Shown here: piece after piece, positions 37,532-47,925 of the stretch
Layout: the number at the start of each line of letters is the position of its first letter
How positions within the stretch are numbered: position 1 is the stretch's first letter
DNA from: a virus
IMG/VR virus record: IMGVR_UViG_3300024307_000003
Coordinates: 29,687 to 93,686 of that record
DNA: 64,000 bases
Direction: 5' to 3' (one strand)
Translations under genes and position numbers: made by a program
The notes under the pieces: model-generated
Database searches by the model: none
The model's input: only the letters and a program-made list of their open reading frames with translations
Told to the model about the DNA's origin: nothing

Positions 37532-38121
37532 ATAAGATTAAGAGTGTGCAGAACATCACAGATTATTCTGCTTATTTGGATGATGTGATTGATTGGAATC
37601 GTACATGCGAAGCAGAGCCTCCCACGCTGGAGAAGCAGATGCGCTTAGTGAAGGAAGAAGCTGCTGAATTGTTTGAAGCCTTTGATGAAGGTAACATCCA
37701 GAACTTCTTTAAAGAGCTTTGTGATTTATTCGTGACAGCGGGATATGCCTCAGTAGTTAAATACAATGAGACAACAGCCACTACTTGCTATCAGGACGAC
37801 ATTGAATACATTCTTAGTTGTATTGAAGATATTGTGTTTGAAGGGAATGCTGTTCGTGCTTTCGATTTAACACTTCAGCTTATGAATAGTGTGAATCAGG
37901 AAGCCCTGCATAAAACAATGAATGCTGTGTTGCGGAGCAACTGGAGCAAGATATTCCCTGTGGGCGAAGCAGACGATGAGTTGCGTTTTGCTAAAGTGGG
38001 GTATCTTGGTAGATACGAAGGCATTTATGTCCAACACAAAGAATCTGGATGTGTTCTGAAGGATAAGAACGGGAAGGTGCTGAAGCCTTCTTCGTATAAA
38101 TCTTATGAGGAGTATCTTTAA
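37513..38121 (+). CDS. MazG-like nucleotide pyrophosphohydrolase
   Basis: EEAAEL...KELCDLFV; SNWSK; GKVLKP. Confidence 0.75.
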   Translation: MFIDEVNKIKSVQNITDYSAYLDDVIDWNRTCEAEPPTLEKQMRLVKEEAAELFEAFDEGNIQNFFKELCDLFVTAGYASVVKYNETTATTCYQDDIEYILSCIEDIVFEGNAVRAFDLTLQLMNSVNQEALHKTMNAVLRSNWSKIFPVGEADDELRFAKVGYLGRYEGIYVQHKESGCVLKDKNGKVLKPSSYKSYEEYL

Positions 38122-38885
38122 TGACACCAGAACAGTTTGTTTATTTTGTAAAAGGGGTGTTGGGGTGGGAAGGTGTTCCAAATAGCATACAAATAAAAAC
38201 TATTGCCGACATTTTGGAACATGTAAAACTAAACGAGTTGACTAAGGTTAATGAGCTTGAAAAGGAAATAGCTAAGGAAATAGAATCTTATCCTGAATGG
38301 TTCCATCCAAAGACCCCTGTCAGCCCTTTTTGGATTGCTCCTGAATACTATCGTCAATATCCTTTTTATGATCCTTATCGAGTTACTTATACAATGCACA
38401 CGGAGGCTATTTCATGAAGATTAAAGATTTGTTAATGGAAATTGGTGAAGTGTTGGTGAAGCACAGCCACAAGCTGGATTGGGGATTTCTAATCCTTATC
38501 GGAGTGTTCTTTCTACCATCTGATGTTTATCAAGGTAGACCACTGATGACCGTTTTTGATTTACTGCTGTTAGGATTAATCGGGTCTTCATTGTATCAAC
38601 ACTATAAGGGAGAGGAAAGTGACCCAACAAAACCCCAAGCTTAAAGTCATTACTCATTATTCCAAAGATGATCCTAAGATGATTGGAGATTATACTGGGG
38701 TTGAAATATTTAAGGAGGAAACAAACGGAATGTTCACTCTCCTGAAGCGTTATGGTGATTATTATCACGATAAAGGTTTGGAAAGAGCTGCTGGCTTCTT
38801 ACAGGGATATTCGGCAGCTTTAGGAGATTGTGACGTTAGTGTAGAAGGAATGGCAGACACTGATGAAGGAGGGGATTGGTTTTGA
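38121..38885 (+). CDS. Three hypothetical proteins (38414-38644 has 2 TM segments)
   Basis: Overlapping ORFs with SDs. Confidence 0.6.
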
Positions 38886-39550
38886 GTATAAAGGTTACAG
38901 ATATAGAGGCTACTTATGTGGATCACATGGGTAGTGACATTAATGTTGTGAATGCTGCTAGGGTATCATTTGCAAAAGAAGTAGACTCCTTTGATGACGA
39001 TAAAGATACCAAGCTGATAAACTACTTGGCTAAACATAATCACTGGAGTCCACTTGCTCACACAAGTATTTCACTACGAATAAAAGCTCCTATTTTCTTG
39101 GCTAGGCAATTTGTCAAACACCAAGTTGGTGGGGTTTGGAATGAAGAGAGTAGGCGTTATGTAGACTTCGAGCCTGAGTTTTATCTTCCTAAGTCGTGGC
39201 GAGAAAAGCCAGAAAATGCGAAACAAGGTAGTGGTGGGGAGCTTAAAGGACAAGAATACTATAATAACACGGTTGAGGATATATCTAATAGTTGTTTGAG
39301 TGTCTATAACAAATTGCTGTCTCATGGAGTGGCCCCTGAACAGGCCCGTATGTGTCTTCCACAAAACACAATGACTAATTGGGTGTGGACAGGTAGTGTT
39401 GTGTTCTTTGCTAGGGTTTGTAAACTAAGGCTAGATAGTCATGCACAAAAAGAAGCTCAAGAGCTTGCTGAAAAGATCAACGATGTTGTGAGTGTTATTT
39501 ATCCCGTAAGCTGGAAGGCTCTTATGGACAATATGAAAGTACAACAATAA
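38876..39550 (+). CDS. thyX: Flavin-dependent thymidylate synthase
   Basis: VNAARVSF, HWSP, RQFVKH...NEESRRY, EQARMCLP, HAQKE. Confidence 0.95.
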   Translation: MVLSIKVTDIEATYVDHMGSDINVVNAARVSFAKEVDSFDDDKDTKLINYLAKHNHWSPLAHTSISLRIKAPIFLARQFVKHQVGGVWNEESRRYVDFEPEFYLPKSWREKPENAKQGSGGELKGQEYYNNTVEDISNSCLSVYNKLLSHGVAPEQARMCLPQNTMTNWVWTGSVVFFARVCKLRLDSHAQKEAQELAEKINDVVSVIYPVSWKALMDNMKVQQ

Positions 39551-39559
39551 GGAGAAGTA

Positions 39560-41470
39560 ATGACCGGCAATGTGTTTAATGATTACCAACAATATATTCA
39601 TAAGAGTAGATACGCCAGATGGAGAGAAAAAGAAAATCGTCGTGAGACGTGGGAAGAAACAGTAAGCAGGTATGTAGATTATTTTCATAGTGATCCAAGA
39701 ACCAGTGCGTTAAATGGAGAAGACTTCTCGGAAATTTACAAAGCAATTGCAAACTTAGATGTTATGCCTTCAATGCGCTGCATGATGACAGCCGGAAAGG
39801 CATTACAGAAAGATCAGGTTGCCGGGTATAACTGTTCATATCTTGTGTTTGATCATCCCCGTGCTTTTGATGAAATGATGTACATTCTGATGTGCGGAAC
39901 TGGGGTGGGATATTCAGTTGAGCGGCAGTATATTGCAAAGCTTCCCGAGATTGCTGAAGACTTTCATCTTACGGACACCGTTATCCGAGTGGATGATAGT
40001 AAGATTGGTTGGGCAAAAGCATTCAGAGAATTACTATCGCTTTTGTGGACAGGCCAAATCCCTAAATGGGATGTGAGTAAAGTAAGACTCGCAGGCACTC
40101 GTCTAAAAACATTCGGGGGATTTGCCAGCGGTCCTGAGCCTTTAGTTGATCTGTTTGAGTTTACTACTAGATTATTTCAACGGGCAGCTGGGAGAAAATT
40201 AAACAGCCTCGAAGTGCATGACATTGCTTGTAAGATTGCAGATATTGTTGTTGTAGGTGGTGTTAGACGGTCGGCGTGTATTAGCCTCTCCAATTTGTCT
40301 GATGATCGTATGCGCAAAGCTAAAAGCGGCGCATGGTGGGAAGAGAATGGTCATAGACGCTTAGCAAACAACAGTGCTTGCTATACTGAGAAGCCAGACT
40401 TTGAAGCTTTTATGGGAGAATGGATTTCATTATATGAGAGTAAGGCTGGTGAACGCGGTATCTTCAGTCGTGTAGCGAGTCAGAGGAAAGCAGCTTCTAA
40501 TGGTCGCCGTGATCCAGATTTTGAATTTGGTACAAATCCGTGTTCAGAAATTATTCTGCGGCCGTACCAATTCTGTAATTTATCTGAGGTGGTTGTACGT
40601 TCCACCGACACACTTGAAGACCTTAAACGTAAAGTTAAGATAGCAACAATCTTAGGAACACTACAATCAACACAGACAGACTTCCGTTATCTGCGAAACA
40701 TCTGGAGAAAGAACACTGAAGAAGAGCGGTTGTTGGGTGTTAGTCTTACAGGAATCATGGATCACCTTGTTCTTAGTGGGCGTCGATATAAAGAAACAGC
40801 AGTTCTGAAAGAATGGCTAGAAGAACTAAAACAAGTTGCTATCGAAACCAATAAAGAGTGGGCAGAGAAACTAGGGATTAACCCGAGTGTAGCAATTACT
40901 TGTGTAAAGCCGTCAGGAACAGTTAGCCAGTTAGTTGATTCAGCAAGCGGTATCCATAGCAGGCACAGCCCTTTCTACGTTCGCCGTGTACGAGGAGATG
41001 TGAAAGACCCCCTTACACAGTTCATGAGGGACCAAGGTATTCCTAACGAAGTTGATGTAATGAATAAAGACAATTATGTCTTTTCATTTCCAATGAAATC
41101 ACCTGATGGAGCTGTATGTTCTAAAGATATTGAAGCTCTCTCTCAGTTGGACCATTGGAAAATCTTCAATGAGTATTGGTGTGAGCATAAACCATCTGTG
41201 ACGATCTACTATAAGGATAAAGAATTCCTTGCATTAGGACAAGAGGTATATAACAACTTTGATTCGATCAGTGGTATTTCTTTCCTACCCTTCAGTGATC
41301 ACAAGTATGTCCAATCACCTTACGAAGAAATCACAGAAGAACAGTATAACAATATGAAGGAATCCTTTCCTGTTGTTGATTGGGAATCCTTCGTCACGTA
41401 TGAGAAGGAAGATACTGTCAGTGGAACAAGAGAGTTGGCCTGTAGTGCTGGCGTGTGCGACATCTTTTAA
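39560..41470 (+). CDS. nrdJ: Class II (adenosylcobalamin-dependent) ribonucleotide reductase
   Basis: YNC, GTNPCSEI, TCVKPSGTVS, EHKPSVT, C-terminal LACSAGVC; no small-subunit gene adjacent. Confidence 0.92.
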   Translation: MTGNVFNDYQQYIHKSRYARWREKENRRETWEETVSRYVDYFHSDPRTSALNGEDFSEIYKAIANLDVMPSMRCMMTAGKALQKDQVAGYNCSYLVFDHPRAFDEMMYILMCGTGVGYSVERQYIAKLPEIAEDFHLTDTVIRVDDSKIGWAKAFRELLSLLWTGQIPKWDVSKVRLAGTRLKTFGGFASGPEPLVDLFEFTTRLFQRAAGRKLNSLEVHDIACKIADIVVVGGVRRSACISLSNLSDDRMRKAKSGAWWEENGHRRLANNSACYTEKPDFEAFMGEWISLYESKAGERGIFSRVASQRKAASNGRRDPDFEFGTNPCSEIILRPYQFCNLSEVVVRSTDTLEDLKRKVKIATILGTLQSTQTDFRYLRNIWRKNTEEERLLGVSLTGIMDHLVLSGRRYKETAVLKEWLEELKQVAIETNKEWAEKLGINPSVAITCVKPSGTVSQLVDSASGIHSRHSPFYVRRVRGDVKDPLTQFMRDQGIPNEVDVMNKDNYVFSFPMKSPDGAVCSKDIEALSQLDHWKIFNEYWCEHKPSVTIYYKDKEFLALGQEVYNNFDSISGISFLPFSDHKYVQSPYEEITEEQYNNMKESFPVVDWESFVTYEKEDTVSGTRELACSAGVCDIF

Positions 41471-41481
41471 GGAGAATATTA

Positions 41482-41868
41482 GTGTCTAATGATGATTATG
41501 TTGTAGGGGAGAATTTCTCCTATGTAACTGCTTGGGGTAAGATGGCAATGCTTCGCGCTGTTGACCACGCTTACAGGAATGGGTATGAAATTGATTTCGA
41601 TAGTGAGTACACAGGAACTATCGGGTTGTCACAGATTAAAGTGATGCTCAAGCCAAAAGATAGTGGACGGGAGAAGAAGATTCGTGCTATCCTACTCAGT
41701 GTGTTGAAAGAACGTATTCCGGAGCTGGATGCCCGCTCCTGCAAGACTGTAGACAACTGCCTAAGTAAATTTGAGGAGCTTGAGAATGCAAAAACTGATG
41801 GACAAATGGACGTACAAACTGGCGGGGATGACGTTGGGGCAACGTCTGATGACAGCAATAGCCCTTGA
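41482..41868 (+). CDS. Hypothetical protein
   Basis: GTG start after AAGGAG. Confidence 0.6.
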   Translation: MSNDDYVVGENFSYVTAWGKMAMLRAVDHAYRNGYEIDFDSEYTGTIGLSQIKVMLKPKDSGREKKIRAILLSVLKERIPELDARSCKTVDNCLSKFEELENAKTDGQMDVQTGGDDVGATSDDSNSP

Positions 41869-41926
41869 TGTTGGTACCATCCTTGTGGTGGGGTATGTGT
41901 TCTTAAAGGTTATGGGAATTATTTGA
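41786..41926 (+). CDS. 46-aa single-TM protein coupled to endolysin (holin-like candidate)
   Basis: GAGGAG SD; MQKLMDKW...IALDVGTILVVGYVFLKVMGII; TGATG overlap with endolysin. Confidence 0.45.
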   Translation: MQKLMDKWTYKLAGMTLGQRLMTAIALDVGTILVVGYVFLKVMGII

Positions 41927-42480
41927 TGAATATCCCTCCTATCACAAAAACCATATCAGACATTCTGGACGAGATTATAGGGGTGGAAGGAGGATACTCT
42001 AACCACTCCTCAGACCTCGGAGGAGAGACGATGTGGGGTATTACAAGGCGTGTTGCGCGTGCTCATGGCTACGAGGGGGACATGAAGTCCCTCTCTAAGG
42101 TCCAAGCGAAGGAAATCTACTACAGCAGTTATGTGTTAGCTCCAAAGTATCACACTATCGAAACAATTAGTTCCAGAATCATGAAACTGCTGATTGACAT
42201 CGAAGTGAATATGGGTCCAATATGGGGTGTGAAGTGGATGCAACGTACCTTGAACCTAACGCTTCCTTTAGATAGACAGCTTGAAGTGGACGGTAAGCTT
42301 GGTCCTAAGACAGTGGACAGCTTGAGGGAGCTAATCCTCAAAAGAGGTCCACAAGGGATTGACTTCGTGTTGAAAGGAATTAATATTTGTAGAGGGCAAC
42401 GTTATTTCGACATCACAGAGATACGTCCTGACAACAAAGCATTTATTGTTGGTTGGATAAATTCAAGGATTAATTTGTAA
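41926..42480 (+). CDS. Endolysin, glycoside hydrolase family 108 with peptidoglycan-binding domain
   Basis: EGGY, DLGGETMWGIT, VNMG, VDGKLGPKT, FIVGWINSR. Confidence 0.92.
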   Translation: MNIPPITKTISDILDEIIGVEGGYSNHSSDLGGETMWGITRRVARAHGYEGDMKSLSKVQAKEIYYSSYVLAPKYHTIETISSRIMKLLIDIEVNMGPIWGVKWMQRTLNLTLPLDRQLEVDGKLGPKTVDSLRELILKRGPQGIDFVLKGINICRGQRYFDITEIRPDNKAFIVGWINSRINL

Positions 42481-43151
42481 ATGATAAAGGGTAAAAAGTA
42501 TGGAAGGTTAACAGTCCTTAGAAAAGAATTTGAAGAAAATGCAGCAAGCTCTACAAAATGGGTGTGTTTATGCGATTGTGGAAAAGAGTTACTAGTAAAA
42601 TACGCATCCTTAATAGGGAACAACACGAAGTCTTGTGGTTGTTTGAAAATGGACATGCTTATTAAAAGGAGTATTAAACATAATAAATCTAATACTCCAA
42701 TATGGACATGCTATAAGAACATGAGAAGTCGTTGCTTAAACCCCAAACATAAACATTATAATTACTATGGTGGTAGAGGAATAACCATTTGTGCTCGTTG
42801 GATGGAGCCTGATGGAAAAGGATTTCTTAATTTTCTAGAGGACATGGGAGACCAACCAACAGGGTTAGAATTGGATAGAATTGATGTTAACGCTGATTCT
42901 CAAAAGAAAACTGTCGTTGGGCAAACCGCAGGATTCAAGCTATAAATAAAAGACCCAGATATAACAGTAAATCAGGTAAAGCTGGGGTATCGTGGTATAG
43001 AAAAATTAGTAAATGGATGGTTAGAATAAGTTTTGAAAATAAAGAAATTTTCTTAGGATACTACGCTGATCTTTCAGAAGCTATCAAAATTAGAGAAGAA
43101 GCAGAAATGAAATACTATGGGCAAATTTTTACAAACAGAATTCATTTGTAG
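42481..43151 (+). pseudogene. Frameshifted HNH-like/AP2 homing endonuclease
   Basis: LDRIDVNAD then, in another frame, SKENCRWANRRIQAINKR...GVSW...W...I...FLG...AIKIREEAE (AP2). Confidence 0.8.
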
Positions 43152-43167
43152 ATAACAGGAGACGAAC

Positions 43168-44285
43168 ATGAAAATGACATCAGCACAGTTTGTAAAATCA
43201 ATTAGCAAAGACATTCCGTCTGGAACGTCTATTCGTGTTCGTCATCCTTACACAGAGGCAACATTTGAATTTGATTCCCTTCCGGAGGAGACATTCCTGT
43301 ATTTGAAGCAACACGCAGATTGTGTCGATAGCAACTTTGACCATTCCCAATACGGGTTTGTTATTGATGCTAAAATGACATTCAAGTGCGTGGGTGAGGA
43401 AACCTACTATGAAGTTATTTGATCATAGCGTGTACACAGCCCTTTGTGAAGCAATAGAATGTGGTTGCACAGTTAAAACCGGGTCTGGCTCGGAGATAGA
43501 CTATGTTGATAAAGACGGCGTATGGTTCTATCGTGCTGAGGATAATTATCCTCAAATGGCTCCTGTTAATTACAAGACAATAATCATGCAAAATTTACAA
43601 GACAATGAAGAATGGGAGATACTGTAAATGACTATTAAGAAATTTGGAACAGCAACAAAACTATGTGAACACTTTAAAGAACATCCAGAATTAACAGTAG
43701 AAGAAATGACTCTCCTGTTAAGTGCGTCTATGATTGAGATCATGGCTCAGCAAATTAAACACACAAAGGATTTGATTTCCGAAGTGTTTGACGAAACCCT
43801 TAATATGTTGGGGTGCGCTTTAGTCTCTTTGGAGAATGAAGAAGATGAATAACAAGAAAGCTAAGCTGCTGCGTAAAGCCGCAAAAGAAATGGTTAAAGA
43901 GCCTGACAACAATCTTGTTCAGTTGGGAAATAGAATGTTAATGTATAAAGTGGGGTCTGTGAACAGTATCTACACGCGCCTGAAACGAGCGTATAGCCGT
44001 CACCAATTCAAAATTTCCAAACAAGGAGAATGAATGGAAACTGTAGAATTCAAACACACACTTGGTTCTGAAGCACAATCCCTAGTTACCAAAATTGTTG
44101 GAACATTAACAGCTAGAAGTGAAAATTTATATGGTTGTAATCGCTACTACATTCAACCTTGTGTAGGGTTAGACATGAAGGTTCCAGAGGGTTGGTGGGT
44201 GGATGAAGATGACATTCAAATTCTTGGAATTAATGTTCAACGCCAAGTAAAAAATACTGGTGGTCCAATGAGTCAAATTTGCTAA
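43168..44285 (+). CDS. Five small hypothetical proteins
   Basis: Abutting ORFs with SDs. Confidence 0.65.
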
Positions 44286-44300
44286 CAAATAAGGAATCCT

Positions 44301-45041
44301 ATGAGCGAGAATGCAGAACGCTTCAAAGCAAAGAAGGAACGAAAGCCAAAAGCCAAGTTTCAAGAACAAAGGGAAGAGGAAATTAAAAGTAATCCCCTTG
44401 TTCCTCTGAATGATAAACAAAGGGATTATATCCGAATGATGGATGATCCGGAATGCGCTCTGATTATTGCTACGGGGTATGCGGGAACTTCGAAAACGTT
44501 TATCCCTGTTGTTAAAGCGTGTGAGTGGTATCGAACAAAGCAAATTGATAAGATCGTTTTCACTCGTCCTAATATCTCAAATAGTAAATCACTTGGGATG
44601 TTCAAGGGAGATTTGATTGAGAAGATTTCCAACTGGCTGATGCCAGTTCTTAACATCCTTCGTGAAAGATTGGGAGATGCTGTTCTGGAGATCGCTATCA
44701 AGCGTGGAGACATTTCTTTTGTTCCTATGGAGATAATCAAAGGGTATAGCGCAGAAGACTGTGTGTTCATTGTGGATGAGGCTGAAGACATCTCGATGGA
44801 TGAGGCTAAGAAAATTGTCACTCGCCAAGGGAAGAATTGCAAGATGGTGCTGGCTGGGGACATTAGCCAAAGTGAATTGAAGTCACAGAGTGGGTTACGT
44901 CATCTTCTAAACATGGCTAATAAATATGATACGCTCAAAGTAGGAATCATCGACTTCAATAACATCAACGATATTGTTCGTTCTGACCAATGCAAACAAT
45001 GGGTGATAGCATATCGCAAGGAGGAAGGCGAGGGAGCATGA
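44301..45041 (+). CDS. phoH: PhoH-like ATPase
   Basis: GYAGTSKT, IVFTRP, VDEAE, TRQG, GDISQ, DIVRS. Confidence 0.93.
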   Translation: MSENAERFKAKKERKPKAKFQEQREEEIKSNPLVPLNDKQRDYIRMMDDPECALIIATGYAGTSKTFIPVVKACEWYRTKQIDKIVFTRPNISNSKSLGMFKGDLIEKISNWLMPVLNILRERLGDAVLEIAIKRGDISFVPMEIIKGYSAEDCVFIVDEAEDISMDEAKKIVTRQGKNCKMVLAGDISQSELKSQSGLRHLLNMANKYDTLKVGIIDFNNINDIVRSDQCKQWVIAYRKEEGEGA

Positions 45042-45610
45042 AGAAAATTATAATGTTGGTGTTTCTCTTGTTGTTTTCAATTCAAGCACAAGCAGGACTC
45101 ACCTTGGTGTCACAACCAAGAGATACGATTCTCCGTGTTGGAGAAAGCACCACCTTTACAATGGGGGCTACGAGCAATCGTAGCCTTCGCTACTACTGGT
45201 ATAAGAATGGGACGATGCTTAGCAACAAAACCAAGAGTATTACCATCAAAGCTGGAGCTGAAGGAGAGACAACATATACGTGTCTCGTGACAGATGGGAA
45301 GGACAAGGCCCGCTGTCAACCTTTCACGCTCTTCGTTGTTAAGGGAGGGGTGATTCAGTTCTCTTGGAACAAACCAACAACAAGAGCAGATGGGACAACA
45401 CTAAAGCCTGAAGAAATCCAGAAATACAGGCTTTATAAGCTAGACCCAGTTACAAAGCAAATGGTGTTCTTGACAGATATTGGTGGATTCCAAGAGACAC
45501 AGGCTGTGTATAATTTTCCTCCGGGGAGTTATACATTCAAGATGTCAACTGTTGACACTAATAATTTGGAAGGGGCTATGAGCGATAGCATTATTCAGGA
45601 AGTGAAATAA
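45038..45610 (+). CDS. Signal-peptide protein with Ig-like and FnIII domains
   Basis: MKKIIMLVFLLLFSIQAQA; SQP...YYWYKNG...YTCLV; SWNKPTTRADGT...GSYTFKMSTVD. Confidence 0.8.
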   Translation: MKKIIMLVFLLLFSIQAQAGLTLVSQPRDTILRVGESTTFTMGATSNRSLRYYWYKNGTMLSNKTKSITIKAGAEGETTYTCLVTDGKDKARCQPFTLFVVKGGVIQFSWNKPTTRADGTTLKPEEIQKYRLYKLDPVTKQMVFLTDIGGFQETQAVYNFPPGSYTFKMSTVDTNNLEGAMSDSIIQEVK

Positions 45611-45637
45611 AGGGAGCTAATGCTCCCTTTCTTTTTA
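45609..45637. terminator. Bidirectional terminator
   Basis: AAAGGGAGC-TAAT-GCTCCCTTT between convergent genes. Confidence 0.85.
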
Positions 45638-46144
45638 TCCGTGTATCCAATCCTCTTTCAGTTTATTCTCCTCTATCCTTGCTCTCACTTCATCAAATGT
45701 AATGGGAGCAAGCCCTACGTTCTCTACACAGCAATTGAAATACCGACTATCTTTGATTGTCTCGTAATGAACATGCCCGTGACACGACACATGTCCTCTC
45801 AGTTCGTCGGGGTGGATCGGGGCATGGCTCATCCACACTCCGTTCTTCTTCCATATCCCATACACTTCGTTAAACACTCCCAGATACTTCCTGATGTTCA
45901 AGACATCATGGTTGCCCCTGATAAGTACCTTCATCCCCTTCAGCTTCTTGATAGCCTCCAGTCCTTCGTCTGTGAAGGCTGCATCCCCTAGAATGTATGT
46001 TGTGTCGTGTTTCTTCACTAAAGAATTCCAAGCCTCTATCACTGCCTCCCTGTGTTCCAGCTCTGTTGTCCAAAGACCTTTCCTGAAGTTAGCAATATTC
46101 TTATGACCAAAATGAAGGTCAGATATAACTCTAACTATTGACAT
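45635..46144 (-). CDS. Metallophosphoesterase, copy A
   Basis: SDLH, LGD, GNHD, SHAPIH, HGHVH. Confidence 0.88.
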   Translation of the reverse strand: MSIVRVISDLHFGHKNIANFRKGLWTTELEHREAVIEAWNSLVKKHDTTYILGDAAFTDEGLEAIKKLKGMKVLIRGNHDVLNIRKYLGVFNEVYGIWKKNGVWMSHAPIHPDELRGHVSCHGHVHYETIKDSRYFNCCVENVGLAPITFDEVRARIEENKLKEDWIHG

Positions 46145-46234
46145 GATTCCTCCTTACAATAGATTTTCGTATAGTGTTTACGTTGTCTGCTCTGCACTCG
46201 TTCGCGTTTTTTCTCATATTCATCTATCCTCCTA

Positions 46235-46263
46235 TTGACATCGTTTATGTGTTGCTCTACTCT
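46235..46263 (+). promoter_or_regulatory. Sigma70 promoter
   Basis: TTGACA-17 bp-TACTCT. Confidence 0.65.
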
Positions 46264-46476
46264 TCACATTATACACACAACAGAGAGGAAAGCAACAATG
46301 CCCTTAGTTAATGAAGATAATATGCACGATGTAATGCACAAGCTCACTGAGGCTCTGATGCGGATAGAAGAGCTGGAAGCAGATGTGAAGCACCTGAAAG
46401 CTTGTCGTGACTTGGTTACAGACATTCTGGAAGGTGTAAACTCTACACTCCGTGTTTTGTGTTTGAGGGTACAGGA

Positions 46477-46908
46477 ATGAAAGGGATTACTAAAGCACTA
46501 GCTCTTGTCGCTCTAGGAATGCTGTTGGTTCTGGCTCTTGTCTCCTTTTCTCCTGAGTGCAAAGCTGATACTCTTTATCTGGGGGCTAAGAGCCACCATT
46601 TCAACCCTGTGGATGATAACATTGTCAGGGAGAGCCATGCTCTCGTTGTCTATGAACACTCCTCTGGGTGGATGGGAGGCTACTGGAGGAATAGCTATGA
46701 CAAGGACACTTTCACTCTCGGGTATCACTATTATTTGTGGAAGACATCAAATAAAGGAGAGCCTGATATGTCTTTGGGCTTGAAAGGTGGGATTGTCTCA
46801 GGGTATAATTACCCTGTGTTTGGAGCTATCAATGTTCAGATGGGGTATTTCGATGTGAATATCGTTCCCACTGAAGTGGTGTCTATCGGACTAAAATTTG
46901 ACTTCTAG
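46477..46908 (+). CDS. Outer-membrane beta-barrel protein, PagP-like
   Basis: Signal peptide; SHH, GGYWRNSY, GIVSGY; C-terminal beta-signal SIGLKFDF. Confidence 0.6.
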   Translation: MKGITKALALVALGMLLVLALVSFSPECKADTLYLGAKSHHFNPVDDNIVRESHALVVYEHSSGWMGGYWRNSYDKDTFTLGYHYYLWKTSNKGEPDMSLGLKGGIVSGYNYPVFGAINVQMGYFDVNIVPTEVVSIGLKFDF

Positions 46909-46916
46909 GAGAAATT

Positions 46917-47483
46917 ATGAAGAATGTAATCGTAGTGCAGGATGTTGACACTATAAATCAACCTATGCCAGATGGACAATCGTTTGTTCAATATTATAAC
47001 CATAAACTAAGATCTGCTCCATCTCCTAGTTTGATGAGCTATGTTGTTGCTGTTGATAACCTACAAGTGTTTTCTGCTTCAACCACAGAGAAGTATGAGA
47101 TACACTCTGAAACAGAGAAGGAACAGCAAGAAGAAATTGAGAGAATTAAAAAAGAAGATCCAGAGGCTATCTACACAGTGGATTCCCCTTGGAACTCTTC
47201 CGAAAAAACTTTGACAAAGACAAAAGAATTTCATTATGCCATTACGAAAGAGGCCATGAAATCTCTTCCGTTTATCGAATACATGCAAAATGAGTTGGAA
47301 TCCCTCCGTTGGGATAATCTATCATTACGAGGGGCTGTATTGAGATGGAAAGGAGTTGTAGAGGAATATCAGGATTACTCCCGGATGGTGGAACATGACG
47401 AGAGATCGCTGCGAGCAAAGCTGAAAGAAATCAAGAATCTCTCATTGTGGAAACGTATCTTTAGTTGGAGGAAATATGCTTAA
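46917..47483 (+). CDS. Hypothetical coiled-coil protein
   Basis: SD AGGAG; C-terminal LSLWKRIF. Confidence 0.65.
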   Translation: MKNVIVVQDVDTINQPMPDGQSFVQYYNHKLRSAPSPSLMSYVVAVDNLQVFSASTTEKYEIHSETEKEQQEEIERIKKEDPEAIYTVDSPWNSSEKTLTKTKEFHYAITKEAMKSLPFIEYMQNELESLRWDNLSLRGAVLRWKGVVEEYQDYSRMVEHDERSLRAKLKEIKNLSLWKRIFSWRKYA

Positions 47484-47925
47484 ATATAAGAAAGGAAATC
47501 TGCTGGACGCTTTTGACAACGGGGAAGTGAATATCGTTGTACACTGTGCTAACTGCTTTCACACCTTTGGTAGTGGGATTGCAAGAGAGATTGCACAACG
47601 GTATCCTGATGCTTATAAAGCAGATCATTGTACACCTTACGCCGATATTAATAAGCTTGGTACGGCTTCCGTTTGTTGGCTTGGTAAATCAAATTGGATT
47701 GTAAACCTATATGGACAATATGATTATGGAAAGAATAAACGGCAAGTGAACTACGGAGCGCTGGGTTCAGGTTTTTCTTCTGTAGTTAAATCCTTTGGGG
47801 AATCTGGAAATTCTTTTGGCTTTCCATTAATCGGCTGTGGACTAGCAGGCGGGGATTGGAGTATAGTGAGTGAATTGATTGAATTCTATTTCCGAGATGA
47901 GGATGTTACAATTTATGAACTTTAA
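47476..47925 (+). CDS. Macrodomain (ADP-ribose processing) protein
   Basis: KGNLL, HCANCFHTFGSGIA, NLYGQ, FPLIGCGLAGGDW. Confidence 0.92.
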   Translation: MLKYKKGNLLDAFDNGEVNIVVHCANCFHTFGSGIAREIAQRYPDAYKADHCTPYADINKLGTASVCWLGKSNWIVNLYGQYDYGKNKRQVNYGALGSGFSSVVKSFGESGNSFGFPLIGCGLAGGDWSIVSELIEFYFRDEDVTIYEL

